Of a DNA stretch of 64,000 bases, positions 1 through 13,122 are shown in pieces (the stretch's first letter is position 1; each line of letters opens with the position of its first letter). The stretch spans positions 806,001 to 870,000 of the forward strand of contig OZ237760.1 in the NCBI GenBank assembly GCA_965178125.1. The letters are read 5' to 3'. A program made the position numbers and the translations under genes. The notes under the pieces are model-generated. The model ran no database searches. It worked only from the letters and a program-made list of their open reading frames with translations, and had not been told where the DNA came from. This DNA comes from Bilabrum cf. latius (lineage: Eukaryota).

Positions 1-663
1 TCTCGCGCGAGAATTTGTGCACAAAGGCCGTCTCGAGGATGCGCTTGAGGTAGTGAAGCACCCAGGCGGCCACACCCAGCTTGGCGGCGAGCGTCCAGGG
101 CTTGCTGGCGGCGTCATCGCCGAAGAAGAAACCGGGACGCAGAGCCATGAGAGCCATGATAACCATCGGTCCGCCGTACTCGGCGTAGAAGACGCCCTCG
201 TATGGGAACTGCATGCCAATGTCCTTCAAGATCAGAGTTTTGTCATTGACGTCCATCTCGTTGAGAGTTTTCAGGTCGCGGTCGAATCGAATGGGGGTGG
301 GCTTCTTCCCATCCGTGCCTTCGATTTCGTACTTGAGGCCCTGGCGCTGGCGGTGGATCCTTCGGACTGCGCGGGGACTAGACACTGGTGGGGATCACCA
401 GAGACGATCGCTGGCCAGTTTCGTGCATGTATTGGCGCAAATGCCGGCTGTACGAGCTTTACCAATGCAGTTTACGGCTTTGAACGCAAATAATTGGTGC
501 CAGGAGCGCAAAATGCGCGCTTTCCGAAACTCTCACGGTCTTTGTTGGACGCGATCTCTTCCTTCAGCTAGCGCACAGTTGTATCGCCTGGCATGGTCAT
601 TTTCACGGGCTTCTCCATGTTCTTGCCACGCTATAGGACTACTTCAAACGATACATTCGCCAT
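1..663 (-). CDS. TECR: Very-long-chain trans-2-enoyl-CoA reductase (TECR/TSC13), 3' end outside window. Exons 663-537 and 366-<1; in-frame TAGs at 631-633 and 568-570
   Basis: Manual minus-strand translation: MANVSFEVVL*RGK...TTVR*LKEEI, GTGAGA...CGCAG intron (536-367), then LILKDIGMQFPYEGVFYAEYGGP and HYLKRILETAFVHKFSR, matching the TECR KDLGPQ..VF..EY.GP and H..KR..ET.FVH.FS motifs. Absent from the ORF track. Confidence 0.9.
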
Positions 664-845
664 GATCTACTCTACCTAGCGAAGAAGCTGCAACAACTTA
701 TCGGACGCGAGCGAAGTGAAATTATACACGCTACATAAAAACTTCAATCTGATATAGATGCGAGCAGAACGGGGATCGCCCTCAATTTCAAAAGTCTGAG
801 CGGACACGAATGATTTAACTGCATTAAATAATAATTTGGTTTCTT

Positions 846-3800
846 ATGCCGTTTCTGAAGAAGCGAAAATCGTTCAAAGTTCCGTTCCGTGTGCCTAGAG
901 GGGACGGGCAGAGCGGACCACCTGCGTCGAGCACGGCAACGCCAAAGGTGGCTCTCACACAGGCAAATCCGAATACTACCGGTAGCCATGTTAAGGTAGT
1001 TGGTACTGATCGATCGGGGGTGGCTGCAACCAGCTGCTCGGTTGCAGCTGTTAGCACTGCAGCTGGATTGCCCGAGCAAATGCCTGGAACGCGCGCTGGC
1101 ACTCAACAACAGCCGTCTACCGCTGCTGGCCCGGTGCGTGCCAAGTAGGCACTTGTGCGACCGGCCAAAAAGCCGGGCTTTGCCCCGCCCAAGCCGAGGG
1201 GCGGTCTAAGCAGCGCCGCTGGCACATCTGCCTGCAAATCCAGCGGCGAAGAGGTGCCAGACGCAAGCACGACGAGGGTGTTCCAGGTCATGTACACGAA
1301 AGTGAGCACTAAGAAGCGCAAGACGTGGGAAGACGGCGTCATGGTGCTGGACGGAAAGTACGCCCGGCTGTTCAACCAGGACGGCAAGCAGCTCGCCAAG
1401 CAGCTCACCAAGTTCCGCTCGCTTCGCGAGAGCGAGTCCCTCGCCGTGCAGCGGTACGACACCGAGTGCTACGGAGAGGTGCCCGCGGCCGAGTACATCT
1501 CCGGCAGGATCTTCGTGAAAGGCGCGGCCGCAGGCGCGGGCGCCAAAGCGAGCACCGGCCTGGGAGGAGCTGGAGGAGGCACGGGGGCAGCAGTGCCGAT
1601 TGCCAGGCGAAGTGCACTGGCGCCAGGGAAAGGCAGGACCTCCGTCGGCATGAAAGGGAGCGCGTCCACCTCGAGCGGCCCCTGGCAGGTGGGCAGGGGA
1701 CCGAGGCTGCCCCGCGTGCCCTCCCCCCGGCACAGCCCCTTTGCCCCCGGAGCGCTGCCCCTGTACGTGCCCCCCGGGGCGCAGGCGGAGGCGAGACCGG
1801 CCGCGCCCGACGGGTCCATGCCTGCTGTCCCCGCTGGGTCCGTGCTTCCAGTGTCGGGGGGCGACCGCCCGGGTTCCCAGCGAAGGTTCGGGGCCCCCTG
1901 CGTGTCGGTGGTGCTTGACCCCGTGCTTGCGTCGAGGCTGAGGCCGCACCAGAGGGAGGGCGTCCGTTTCCTGTTCGAGTGCGTGGCTGGGCTCCGCGAT
2001 TTCGACGGGTCTGGCTGCATCCTGGCAGATGCGATGGGCCTGGGCAAGACCCTGCAGACGATCTGCCTCCTGTGGACGTGCCTCAAGCAGGGGCCCAGGG
2101 GTGCGCCCCTATGCAGCAAGGCCGTGGTGGTGACCCCGTCCACGCTTGTGAAGAACTGGGCAAAGGAGGTCAAGAAGTGGCTGGGCAACGAGAGGCTCCG
2201 GCCGGTGGCGGTCACGAAGGGGGGCAAGGAGGCCAAGGCTGCTGTGGAGCAGTTCCTCACGGCCCCCGTGAGCCCCCTCCTGATCATATCGTACGAGCAG
2301 TACAGGCGATTCGCCAAGCAGATCAACGGGATGGGCAGCGCCAGGAGGTCCAAGGCGGGCGCGGCGGCTGGGGGCGCGGGCGCGTCCTCTCACCCCGTCG
2401 GGCTGCTGGTGTGTGACGAGGGGCACAGGCTCAAGCAGGCGGGCGGCAACCAGACCATCCGCGCGCTGGCTGGCTGTCCCTCCATGAGGCGAGTGCTGCT
2501 GACAGGCACACCCGTGCAGAACCACCTCGGCGAGTTCTACGCCATGGCCTCCTTCGTGAACCCCGCGGTGCTGGGCCCCCTGCAGACCTTCCGCCGGGTG
2601 TTCGAGCAGCCCATCCAGAGGGGCAGGGACAGGGGGGCCTCCCCGGCGGAGCAGGCCATGGGGGAGGAGAGGTCACAGGAGCTCGCGAGACTCACCTCGG
2701 TGTTTGTGCTCCGGCGCACCCAGGCCATCCTCGACAAGTACCTCCCGCCCAAAACGGAGCTGACGGTGTTCTGCCGTCTGAGCCTCCTGCAGCACAGGGT
2801 GTACGACCACCTGGTCAAGCACGTGTCCCCCCGGTACTTGCGAGGGTCCTCCTCGGGTCAGGGCGGAGAGCAGGCCCAGCCACTCACGCTGATCAACACG
2901 CTGACTTCTCTCTGCAACCATCCAGACCTGATCGCGCACAGACTCTGGGCGGAGCTCGCGAGGAAGCTGGAGGCGGGGACGGACGGGGAGGGCGATGGCA
3001 AGATCCTCTCGGTGAGGGAGGCGGCGCAGGAGGTGGAGAAGAGGACCGGTGCGGGTGGGATGGCCGCTTTGGCTGCGGAAGGCTCGTCCTCATACGCGGA
3101 CCAGGCAGCAAGGGGCCAGGCCACCAATGGAAAATCAGGCAACTCGAGGAAGAGGGCCCGACCGGAGCTGGCCGTGGGGGGCAAGGCAAGCAAGTCTGGG
3201 GGCCGCAAGGCCAAGCGCATCCGTGCGAGCAGCAGCACAAGTGGCGGCAAAGGTGGCAAAGGCGCCAAGGCTGGTGACGGCCATGCCAGCGACGGCTCCC
3301 TCGATTACGAGGACATGGAAGCGGAGGGAGAGGATGGAGAGGATGGAGAGGATGGAGAGGATGGAGAGGATGGAGAGGGCGAGGCCGCTGCGAGCGACTC
3401 AGACGGGCCGGAGATCGAGCTGAGCGACAGCGACGAAAATGATGGCGAAGACGATGATGACGATGATGATGGCGACGATGATGATGATGATGATGATGAC
3501 GAAGAGGAGGGGGAAGAGGAGGAAACGAAGGGCTACAAGGCCCCCCGCATGCAAGGGGTCGCCGCTAGGGGCGGCAGGGGGGAGGAGGACGGGTACGAGG
3601 GGGCGGGGCGGGTGCTGCGGCTGGGGCCCGACGCAGGGGAGGGCGAGTACCTGTACAACCGGCTGGGGAGGGCTGCATTGGAGGACGCGGGGCTAGACAG
3701 GGGGCTGGAGCTGCTGCACCTGCAGGCGGAGACCGCCGCGCATGCAGGCCGCGAGTCGTCGTCGAGCGGGGTGTCTGCATCCGTGCTGGACCAGCAGTCG

Positions 3801-4886
3801 CTGGTGGGCGGGCTGGCTGCCTCGAGCAAGCTAGCCGTGCTGGATGGGTTCCTGCAGAGCGTGCGGGCAGGAGACGCGTCCCCAACGGGTGGCCGTGCCA
3901 AGGTGGTGCTGGTGTCCTCCTCGACCAAGATGCTGGACTTGGTGCAGCTGCTTGCGGGGGCCCGGGGCTGGCCGCTGCTGCGGCTCGACGGGTCCGTGCA
4001 GACCCAGAAGCGTGACGAGCGTGTTGGCCACTTCAACAACCCCAGGCACCCGTCCTTTCTCTTCCTCCTGTCTGCTCGGGCGGGCGGGACGGGTATCAAC
4101 CTGGTGGGTGCCACTCGGCTGGTGATGATGGACTCGTCCTGGAATCCAGCCACCGACAGGCAGGCCATGGCGCGGGTGTGGAGGGACGGGCAGAGGCAGC
4201 ACGTTCACCTGATGCGGCTCGTGTGCGCGGGAACTTTGGAAGAGAAGATCGTGCAGCGACAGATGAGCAAAGAGGAGGTGAGCCAGGCTGTGGTGGGGCG
4301 GGACGGCGGCAAGGGGGGCAAGGGCAAGGCGCTGGGAGGCGGCAGCAGTGGGCAGCAGCGGAGCTTCACCCGGGATGAGCTGAAGGAGGTCTTCCGGCTT
4401 GTCCCCAGGGACGCCGAGGGATGCGAGACGCAGAGGCTGCTGGGTGCCAGTGCGAGCGCATCGGCTGCGGCTGCCAGGGAGCTCGAGGGAGAGGGAGAGG
4501 GAGAGGGAGAGGGAGGTGAGAGCTCCGCAGAGGATGGCACATCAGCAGGGGCATCAGCAGCAGGGGCTCAGCCCGCTGAGGACGCGTGGGGTGCGTGGGC
4601 GGGACCCGAGGCCGTGGAGGACCCTTGCCTGCGAGACGCGCTAGTGAGTCATGACGGGCTGGCGCAGCTGGTGGCGCACGTGCACCACCTGCGGGTCAAC
4701 CATGGGGGCGGGCAGGTGTTGGCCGCTGGCCCCGGGACAGGGGCGGCACGGGGGCCTGGGCGCGGCTCGAAGAGAGGGGGGCACCGGGTCCCGGCCAAGG
4801 CGTCGTCTGGGCGGCTGGAGGCAGCTGCTAGCAGCGCAATCGGGTCAGGGAGCCAAGGGGGGCAGCTTGGATCATCATCATCTTCA

Positions 4887-4921
<35 letters not shown>

Positions 4922-5240
4922 CTCGTCATCCTCATCCCTCGGGGCCGCGGCTCAGCAGGAGGCGCGCAGCCTGCTGGGGGCGATCCATGCAAAGTCTCAG
5001 GGCAGAGGGCTTGGGATGGCGCAGGGGGGCTCTGGGCTGGTGGAGAGGGGAGGCGAGGCCGGGGCAGAGGTCCCGGTGACCTCCAGCGTGTCTGGTGGGG
5101 CAGCGGGTGTGACCAGTGCGACCGGGGGGAATGGGGGTCACCCCTCTCAGTCTGCCGGGGAGGAGGCCGAGCTGGAGGGGCTGCTGCTGGAAGGGGAGGG
5201 TGGCGGCGGGGTCCCGAGTGGGTGGAACACCCGGCTGTGA
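846..5240 (+). CDS. RAD54B: RAD54B/Rdh54-like SNF2 DNA translocase, ~1464 aa, in-frame TAG at 1146-1148
   Basis: ORFs 846-1148 and 1155-5240 share a frame and are joined by a TAG. N-terminal VMYTKVSTKKRKTWEDG; SNF2 motifs LRPHQREGV, GCILADAMGLGKT, CDEGH, LTGTPVQN, GGTGINL, WNPATDRQAMARVWRDGQ. Ends TGA. Confidence 0.9.
3328..3522 (+). repeat. Coding microsatellites (GAGGATGGA)n and (GAT/GAC)n giving an acidic EDG/poly-D tract in RAD54B
   Basis: Visible tandem repeats; translation EDGEDGEDG...DDDDDDD. Confidence 0.85.
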
Positions 5241-5493
5241 GGGTGAGGGTGAGGGTGGTTGGCAGCAATGATGCAAGCTAAAATCATCGATCTCATGCAA
5301 CACAAGCATGCACAATCCCGGTATGGTAACGATGGAAGCAGTGTGCCGCACGCAAGTCGCACGCTCTTGCGAGCCATGGGCTTGCGTGGAGCCCTCGGTC
5401 CCTCCAGAAGCCACCCCCCACAGGTGCCTCCACCTTCCCAATGTCCGGAGCATTCAGACATCCAGTTACTCGCATAGGGGCACTATGGCCAGT

Positions 5494-6453
5494 TTACGGC
5501 ATCGTGGCGATCCCTAGGACCGGCGGCTCGAGTCCCTTGGTAGCGGGCATCACCTTCAAGATGGGCCCCTTGTGGGTGCCAGAGCCGCACCCGGGCATCG
5601 TCTTGGTCAGGGCCGCGGCGGGGTCCGCGCACTGGATGGCCTTGGTGTTTTTCCACATGCCCGGGCTCGCGAAATCCGTGGGCGACTTGAAAAAGTAGGT
5701 GCGTCCTGCGGATATGAGCTCTTTGCCTGCCGGGGTGGACTTGTTGGGCAGCTCCCCCGCGCCGCCCACAACGTTAAACGACACGACGTCCTTGAGATTT
5801 CCTCCAAGATACGTGTTGTACGCGCGGTTCACAGACTTGGCGGTCTCCAGCAGCAGGAGCGTGGTGGCGCACTTGCTTGCCTGGAAGCGCCTGGCAAGGT
5901 CGATGGCCGTAACGCCCGCGACCCCGCGACCCACCACTGTGAGGCTGCCCCCTGCCGCACACTTCGCATCCTTAACAAATTGCTGCAAAGCGCTGTCGGG
6001 GATACTGTCTGCGGTGCGCCTTGCGAAGTCCGAAGTCTTGCAATCCTTGCACGGCTAGCCTCCCTTGATCACCACCGGTGCAAGCTTCTCGAATTGCGGC
6101 AATGGTGCTGGCCCAGCAGAGGCGTCGGTCACCACGATGATGTTGCCATCCTTGCTGCCCTGGATGTGCGTGATGGTGACGTCCTTCTGCGTTACGGCGC
6201 TCTTTGGTTTCACAGCAGCAGCCGGCCCGCATTTGGCCTTGGCTGCAGGGTCATTCTAGCCGCCACCCACGGCACAGAGCCCCTTGATAGCAGTCTGAAA
6301 TGACTTCATGTCGGCAACCTCGATAGCCGAGGAGTGGCGAAGGCTGCGCGAGTTTACCCGAAGAAGCTTGTCGTGCTGCAGCCGGCTCTCTGAAGCCGCC
6401 CATGCTGAAGCTACAGCAAGGGCTGCAAAGGTAAGTGCCATTGCGCTTCGCAT
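5494..6453 (-). CDS. Predicted secreted protein (~319 aa), possibly a degenerate class-3 lipase fold. In-frame TAGs at 6256-6258 and 6055-6057; ends TAA
   Basis: ORF 6453-6256 (signal peptide MALTFAALAVASAWA) runs in frame through two TAGs into ORF 5988-5494. LTVVGRGVAGVTA and ETAKSVNRAYNTYL loosely resemble lipase_3 motifs. Confidence 0.7.
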
Positions 6454-7176
6454 TGATCAACGATTGGATCGGATGATACGCGCAATGAAGCTCGCGATGA
6501 AGTGCTCGAAGGAGTCGGACAGAGGTGTGCTTGTCTGCGGCACACGGCCAGTGGTTTCGTTAACGTTAAACCATTTTTCTGTTGAACTGCACGTAACCTT
6601 AAACAAAAAAGTTCAATCGCTACCATGGCCCTTCTTCTTGTTACTGGCAGCCGTGACAGCCATGGAAGCCCTCAAGCTGACAGCACTACCAGTAGACTAG
6701 CAGCCCCAAGGGCACGACTTCCACTCCTTCAAGCTGCGGCCCATTCGATCGACCAGGATGCTGATGCTTCCAAAGTCAGGCACCTCAAGAGACTTGCTGG
6801 ATGGCATCGCATCAAAGCAAGGTGCGCCCGTGCTTCGCCCCAAAGCCACATGTGGAGTTCAATGCAGTGCGGGCACCCGTCAGTTTGGTTGCCTCCAGCG
6901 CATCATGATCTGACGAACCATTCCCTCCATTGAGACTGTGGTGCGGCGTGGTGTGACGAGGTGGCTGCCGGGGCCTCTGTGGCATGCAAGTGCAGTGAGG
7001 TGCATGCGCATGGGCACCGCCATCTGTTTGGCTAGGGAGGACCAGCAGCACGTGCTCGTTGCTCGGTGCACATCCCACGAGCCACAAGCCACCGGCTGCA
7101 GGCGGGAGTTTGAGCTTATGTGAAGCCTCTCTGCCGTGCTCGTCCCGTGATTGTAGTGGAACCCAACGCTTAACGA

Positions 7177-7660
7177 TCAGACGTAGTACATTTCCAGTCC
7201 CATGCCGTCGTGAATTTCGTAGTCTTCAAGCGTAATCTGGTCCTTAAAGATTGTGTACCACTTCTGTAACTTGATCTTCTCTGGTTTTGTTCCTGTGCAT
7301 CTATGGAATACAAATAAGCTGACTACCCGGATAGGACGAAGCCGCGCGGCATGGCATGGACGTACCAAGAAAACCAGAAGAAACCATGTACCGGTGGCTC
7401 ACCAATCTGGGCTGCTACAAGCTTTTTGAGGTCTCCAATTGTATCATCCTCGTTGCACTTTACACGAACTCGCTTCCTGCATCGAAACAAACGAAGAATA
7501 ATCCTAGTTGATGGCGTGTGGATGCCACGACAGAAAAAGGGATAATAAACTCCTCTGAAAACGGCAGAAACGCAGCTGCCAGATGCCTCCAACCCCCTAT
7601 GAGCTGATGCATGAGACTAGTGACTCACCCAAGCCTATCGTTGCATACTACTTCGATCAT
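7177..7660 (-). CDS. UBL5: Ubiquitin-like protein 5 (Hub1), 73 aa. Exons 7660-7629, 7476-7403, 7292-7177
   Basis: Spliced product [73 protein letters not shown], canonical length. GTGAG donors, CAG acceptors, TGA stop. Confidence 0.97.
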
Positions 7661-7932
7661 GTTGAATCAAGTACCGCTAAATTTGTTGGGATGTCGCGCG
7701 TTCTGGTCGACGAACCTGCAAATCCACTATATCGAACGTTCTTCTGCATCGAGACGCCGCCGAACCGACAGGACCCAATGAACACAAATCCACGCCTTTC
7801 ACGTCTCAAATAGGCGGTATAGTGCTGACATACCATTTATACTAGAGACATGAGCACAAAAAGCAGACAAGAGGTTAGATATTGACAGGAAATCCGTAGC
7901 CTGACACCGATTCCATCGTGCTCGATGGACGA

Positions 7933-10900
7933 ATGTTGCACCCCAACTATTTGCATATAACGCAGGTTGACTCGAGTGTTCCAGCCCACCTGCGGCTCCG
8001 GAAATTGAACCACTACTTCTTTTCACGCGTTGTAAGTCTCTAGCTGCAATGCTCCACAGCATGTTGGCCGATATATGTAGCTGGGATCGAAACGCCGATT
8101 GTTTTGACCCTGCACCCAAATTTGTATCTACTATCGAGCATTTAATCCGCAGGTAGAACCGCTGGCATACTATGATGTCGGCCAGAATATGTACCAGGTT
8201 GACATGGACGAGAGTAGGACGCTCGTTATGGAGACTGGTGAGCTTACCATCTCTCGACTCTTCCACCTTTTGTTCAGACCTGCCCAGGGCAGCAGTGCAC
8301 GATCAACATACAATTTTTCTCTTTTATACTGGGCACTGCTCTCTCGCAGCTCGCGCCGTCAAGGCCAGCGAGGAGGGCCTCCGCAAGATCGAGCGAGAGA
8401 TGCTCCGCTCGACCAACGTGAGGCACAACCTCACGTACGGGGAGGTGCTCCCGCACTCAGTGGAGCAGAAACTCGTCCCTATGCTGGGCCCCACCTCCTC
8501 CTAGGATGTCTTCTACGACCTGGGCTCGGGCACGTGCAAGATCCCGCTGCAGGTGGCGCTGCAGACCCGCATCGGCGTGTGCAAGGGCATCGAATACGCC
8601 AAGGCCAGGCACGACGCGGCGGTGACTGCCCTGAGGAGACTGAGGGTGGTGGGGGACGAGGAGGTGCACGGGGCGGTGCGCCAGGCCGACCTTAAGTACC
8701 ACCACAAGAAGCTGGCGGGGAGCGGCCTGCAGGGGGCCGCTGGGGCCGTGGACGGCGCCTCCTCGTCCGATTCCGAATCCGACTCGGACATGGTGAAAGA
8801 GGTGGTCAAAGGCAGGGGGAACAGGAACAAGAGGGGCGGGGGGCGGCCGGCTCGGAAGAGGGCCAGGGTGGGTGCCGGGCGAGCTGCCGCGGGCAAGGGC
8901 AAGGGCAAGGGCAAGAGCAGGGGAAAAGGGAGGAGGCAGCTGTGGCGGCAGGATGACGATTTTGAAGATGAAGAAGAGGACGAGGACGCCGCCTTGGACC
9001 GCATGCACAGGGCGCTGGCCCGCCGCAGGAAGCGCCTGGATGCCAAGCGAGCGGCGCAGGGCAAGAGCAAAACAGCCGGTGCCTCCGACGACGACGATGA
9101 CGTGGACATCGACGTGGATGATGCGGCAGTGAGCAGCGATGGCGCACTGGTCAGCACCAGCGACAGTTCGGACGCAGACGACGCCGAGGAGGAAGAAGAG
9201 GACCTGCTGACGGACGCTTAGAAGAAGGAGATGATGCGCCGCAGGAGGGCCAGGAGGAGGAGACAGACCCGCAAGCAGCGGGCCAGGGTGAGGGACTCGG
9301 ATGACGAGAGCGGGGGAGGGGAGGATGGGGAGCTGGGGGAAGTCATGGAGGTGGTGGACATGGCCTCCGCGCCCTCTCCTGCGACCAACTCGATCATCTC
9401 GCTGTCCCCAGGGGGGGACCGGTCCGTGGCAGGTTCCGCAGTGCGCGGCGCCATCGTGGATCTCGCGGGCCGGGAGTCGGACGAGGACAACGAGGGAACA
9501 CCCGCGCGGTCCGTAATGCGCGGCGCCTCTGGTTCCGCAGCCCGCACCCTCTCGCGCAATCCTCCCGCTACAGGCGCGGGTGAGCAGTCTGTGCTGGGCG
9601 CGGGCCAGCTCTATGTTGACCTGGAGGAGGACGAGGACGTGGATGCGGACGACGAAGGCGAGAAGGAGGAGCAGGAGGAGCAGGAGGAGGACGAGGAGGC
9701 TGGGTCCAGGTCGAGGTCCAGGCACAGCAGGGTCGCTCTGCTTGGGGCCACTCCGGGCGGGGGATCCCCGGGGGTACCCCGGCTGTCCCCCTAGGGGGGC
9801 TCAAGCCCCCAGGGGCTGGAGGGGCAGCCCGTGCGCCTCACCGGCATGATCGGGGCGCTTGCTGCGGAGCAAGACCGGAAGAAGGCACAGGCCCGGCGCC
9901 GCGCATTGCGGAACCGGGAGGGCGCGAAGGAGGAGCAGGCCATGCGGGTCGCTCTGCAGAGAGCCAAGGCGACGGAGACAGAGGCCAGGAGAGCGGCCAG
10001 GAGGTCTGCTGCAGGGGCCTCCTGCAGCTCTGGGTCGTGCTCGTGCTGCTCCTCTAAGAGGGGCAGCAGCAGCAGCAGCAGGAGTGCTTCCTCGGCCTCT
10101 TCATCGTCGGCCTCCTCGAGCGGGGTCGCATCGGGGGCCTCCCCCTCTGCCCGCCGGCCCGCCGTCAAGCGCAGGAGAGATGGATCGCCGGCAGCGAGCC
10201 GGAGCGCCCAGCCAGCAGCCGCCTCTGCCCCTGGGCCCAGCGCCAGCCCCCTTCCCGCGGCAGTGGCGCACGCGGTTGCGCGCAAGGGAGCAGCGGTGCA
10301 GGCCCGCAGGTTTCTGCAGGCGAGCACGGGGCTGCTGGCGGCGGCACTGCGCGATGCCAGCAGCAGGACGTATGCCGTGCAGGGGGATTTCTGCAGGTAC
10401 GACCTGACGGACGCGACGATCGTGTTCGTGAACAACGTTTTGTTCCAGGACGCGCTCAAGCAGAGGCTGCTGGCCATCCTTGCTTCGCTGCCGAACGTTC
10501 GCGTGCTCGTGACCCTGCGCAAGCTGTGCTGCCGGCACCGGGCCTTCCACGAGACGAGGAACTACCCGTGCTCTGCCTTTCAGCTGGTCCGGGAGGAGCT
10601 CATCAACCCCACTTGGGACGGGGAGACCACTCTGTTCTTGTACCACAAGGTGAAGACCGTGCCTCTGTCGGAGCAGGACTCGAATTTTGTGGACGAGGAC
10701 GCCGGCCAGGGCAAGATGCAGGCGGGGGCCGACGCGGAGGTGGGAGATCTGGAGGGCGAGCACGAGCACGCGGGTGGGGCACTTGCTTCCGCGGCGGGGA
10801 GCGCGCTGGGAGTCGCGGGCGGAGACGGTGTTGTTCCCTCTGGCAGGAGGCATGGGAGGAAGGTTGGTCTCGTCTCGGCAAAGGGGGGCAAGGGGGGAGC

Positions 10901-10973
10901 AGCTGGCAGCGGCAAGGCAGGCGGCGGCGGTTCGAGGCTGCGTGCCGGTGCAAGGCGGGCGCTTCTTGGCTGA
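7933..10973 (+). CDS. DOT1: DOT1-family histone H3K79 methyltransferase-like protein. Exons ~7933-8031, 8153-8237, 8350-10973 (start uncertain); in-frame TAGs at 8502, 9219, 9792
   Basis: NLTYGEVLP, LGPTSS*DVFYDLGSGTCKIPLQVAL and CKGIEY, then far downstream VQGDF...DATIVFVNNVLF. Four ORF-track fragments share one frame and are joined only by TAGs. Ends TGA. Confidence 0.85.
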
Positions 10974-11274
10974 GGTTGTGTATGCATGGATGATATAAAC
11001 CAGAAATACACTCGTCAAGGCAAATTTTCCTCTATATATTCCCGACGCAGCCAAGAACACGAAAATGTCCATCACTGCATAGTAACGTGCAGTTATGGAA
11101 AGTCTGGTTTAGCATCGAAGCCAAAAAGCTGGCTCTCATCGACTGCTCTCTCTTTGGAGCTTGTCTATCAGTTTCAAGGCGCTTTTGGTCATCGCTGCAA
11201 CGTTTTATCACTTAATTGTTGCACTGAGCTGAGTTCTCGTGCTGTACAGCGTATCAAACGCGAGGTAGCTGGCG

Positions 11275-12884
11275 ATGCCGTCTGCACGGACCGGCGTGGC
11301 TGCATTTGTTGCATTCACCGCGGCCCATGCCTTGATAGCCAGTGCGACTGTAAGTATACTTGCGTATCGGACATTGTTCTCCTACGCCTGCTTGCCTTTG
11401 TAGATTTTCTCGCAAACACCGACGCCTATGTTGCCCAAAGCTAAACACCCTCCCCGACCGCTTGTTGCGCGCAGTCGACCGTGAGGAGATCTTCGAGCCT
11501 CCGAACGGCCTCGTTGGCACAAATAAATGGGCAGGAATCGCAGCAGAACTCTGCTGGAAAGCCTGACTTGAAGTGGCCGACCGGCGAGAATGTGGATTGG
11601 AGCGGTGGAGTGCCTGGGACATAGATGGGGCGCATGCCGGAGGGTATGCACTCCGTGCACGGCGTAGCCGGCCAGGCAGTCGATAGGGGAGTCGGTAAGA
11701 TATTGGAATGGGGCAACCGCGGCGAGGCCGACGCCTACGAGCGCGCGATCCGCAACAGCATGCGCGACATCAACGCGGCCGAGGACGGCACCGCCCCGCT
11801 CAATACGCCCGCGTCCCTGCTGCAGTCAGGCGCCTCCCGCGCCACCGGGCTGTCACAGGGCACCCTGGACGCCCGCTCCGACGCGATCGCTGGGGCGGAC
11901 GAGGCTCTTGGCCTGGCGGGTGCCGGCGGCCGCTCGGAGGCCTTCATGAAGGGGGCCCTGGAGGCTCTCGACGAGGCAGGGGCCGATGGGGAGGGGGAGG
12001 GAGAGGAGGAATAGGGGGAGGCAGTGGAGCAGGCGGCCAAGGGCGAGAGCGAGGGAGAGGCAGCCTCGTCCCAGCTGCTGAACGCGGTGGCGCAGGGGGA
12101 GGAGAGCGTCAGGCAGGCGGTGGGGGACCCCAAGAAGGACGCCCACCCGCTGGACGGGGGCTCGCAGGGCATCCGCATGGAGCCCATGCCAGGCATGACC
12201 GAGCAGCCCATCCAGATCGGATCGCCCCAGGGGCTTCCTCAGGACCTCGCTGCAACGACCGCGTTCGCAGGGACGCACGCTTACAACGAGGACGTGCGGT
12301 CGCTGTGGAGGGAGCGGTCCGCCGCCGAGGATCGGATCAGTTCCTTGCGGCTCCGAGTCGTGGAGAAGGTGAACTTCTACGAGAGCCTGATGAAGCGCGC
12401 CGAGCTGATCAAGGCGGACATTTAGGTGGACCAGGACTCGCTCAAGGCGCTGCAGGCGCACGCCACTGCCGTGCAGGCGAGGATCGACAGGCTCAAGGGA
12501 GAGGCCGCGCAGTCGGAGCTGTCGGCGCAGCAGCACCAGTACGACATGGCCAAGAGCAAACTGGACCAGGAGGTGGCCCAGATGGCCAGCGTGCGGGATG
12601 CCCTGGGGGAGAGGGTGCAGGCCCTTGCCCGCGAGTCGGAGGCCAGCCAGCGCAAGGAGACGGAGAACATGAGGACCTCGCTCATGGTGGACGGCGCGGC
12701 GGGGAACAACGGGACCGGGGCAGCGGGCGCGGCAGATGCCGCGACGACGGCTCCTGCTGCCACAGAGGAGGGCGGCGAGGCCGTGCTTTTGCAGGCACAG
12801 GCAGGCGCAGGGGGGGAGGCGAGGCGCAGCACCGGCGGGGTGGCCTCCATGCTCACGCAGGCGTGGCAGGCTCTCATGGGATGA
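11275..12884 (+). CDS. Predicted secreted protein with C-terminal coiled coil. Intron 11350-11474; in-frame TAGs at 11622, 12012, 12423
   Basis: Signal-peptide exon MPSARTGVAAFVAFTAAHALIASAT, then a phase-0 GTAAGT...GCAG intron. ORFs 11625, 12024 and 12426 are co-frame. Ends TGA. Confidence 0.75.
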
Positions 12885-13122
12885 GTGAATGAAGCGGGAT
12901 CGCTTGCATTTGGAATTCGTAGATCTATTTCATCCTTCAAATCGCCACGCGAATGTTCGGTATTGAATATGCAGAAAAGACACGCAACTCAAGCCGCGAG
13001 AAGCCAGTTCGGGATCGGGACACTTCTGTAGCTGGTACTGCCCCCCAAGACAATTTGATCGGGTCGGATAAGAGCCAATTGGAACTAAATTGGACTATTT
13101 ATCACTTCTGTTTTTGCCAAGC

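Noticed and set aside
5293-5493. Open frame continuing after the TAA at 5494, suggesting TAA readthrough
   Set aside because: Only ~66 codons with no recognisable features, expected by chance at this GC content, and no internal TAA is seen in any conserved gene.
6625-7123. Possible small spliced gene between the secreted protein and UBL5
   Set aside because: Open frames and a candidate donor exist, but I could not build a convincing model or recognise a motif.
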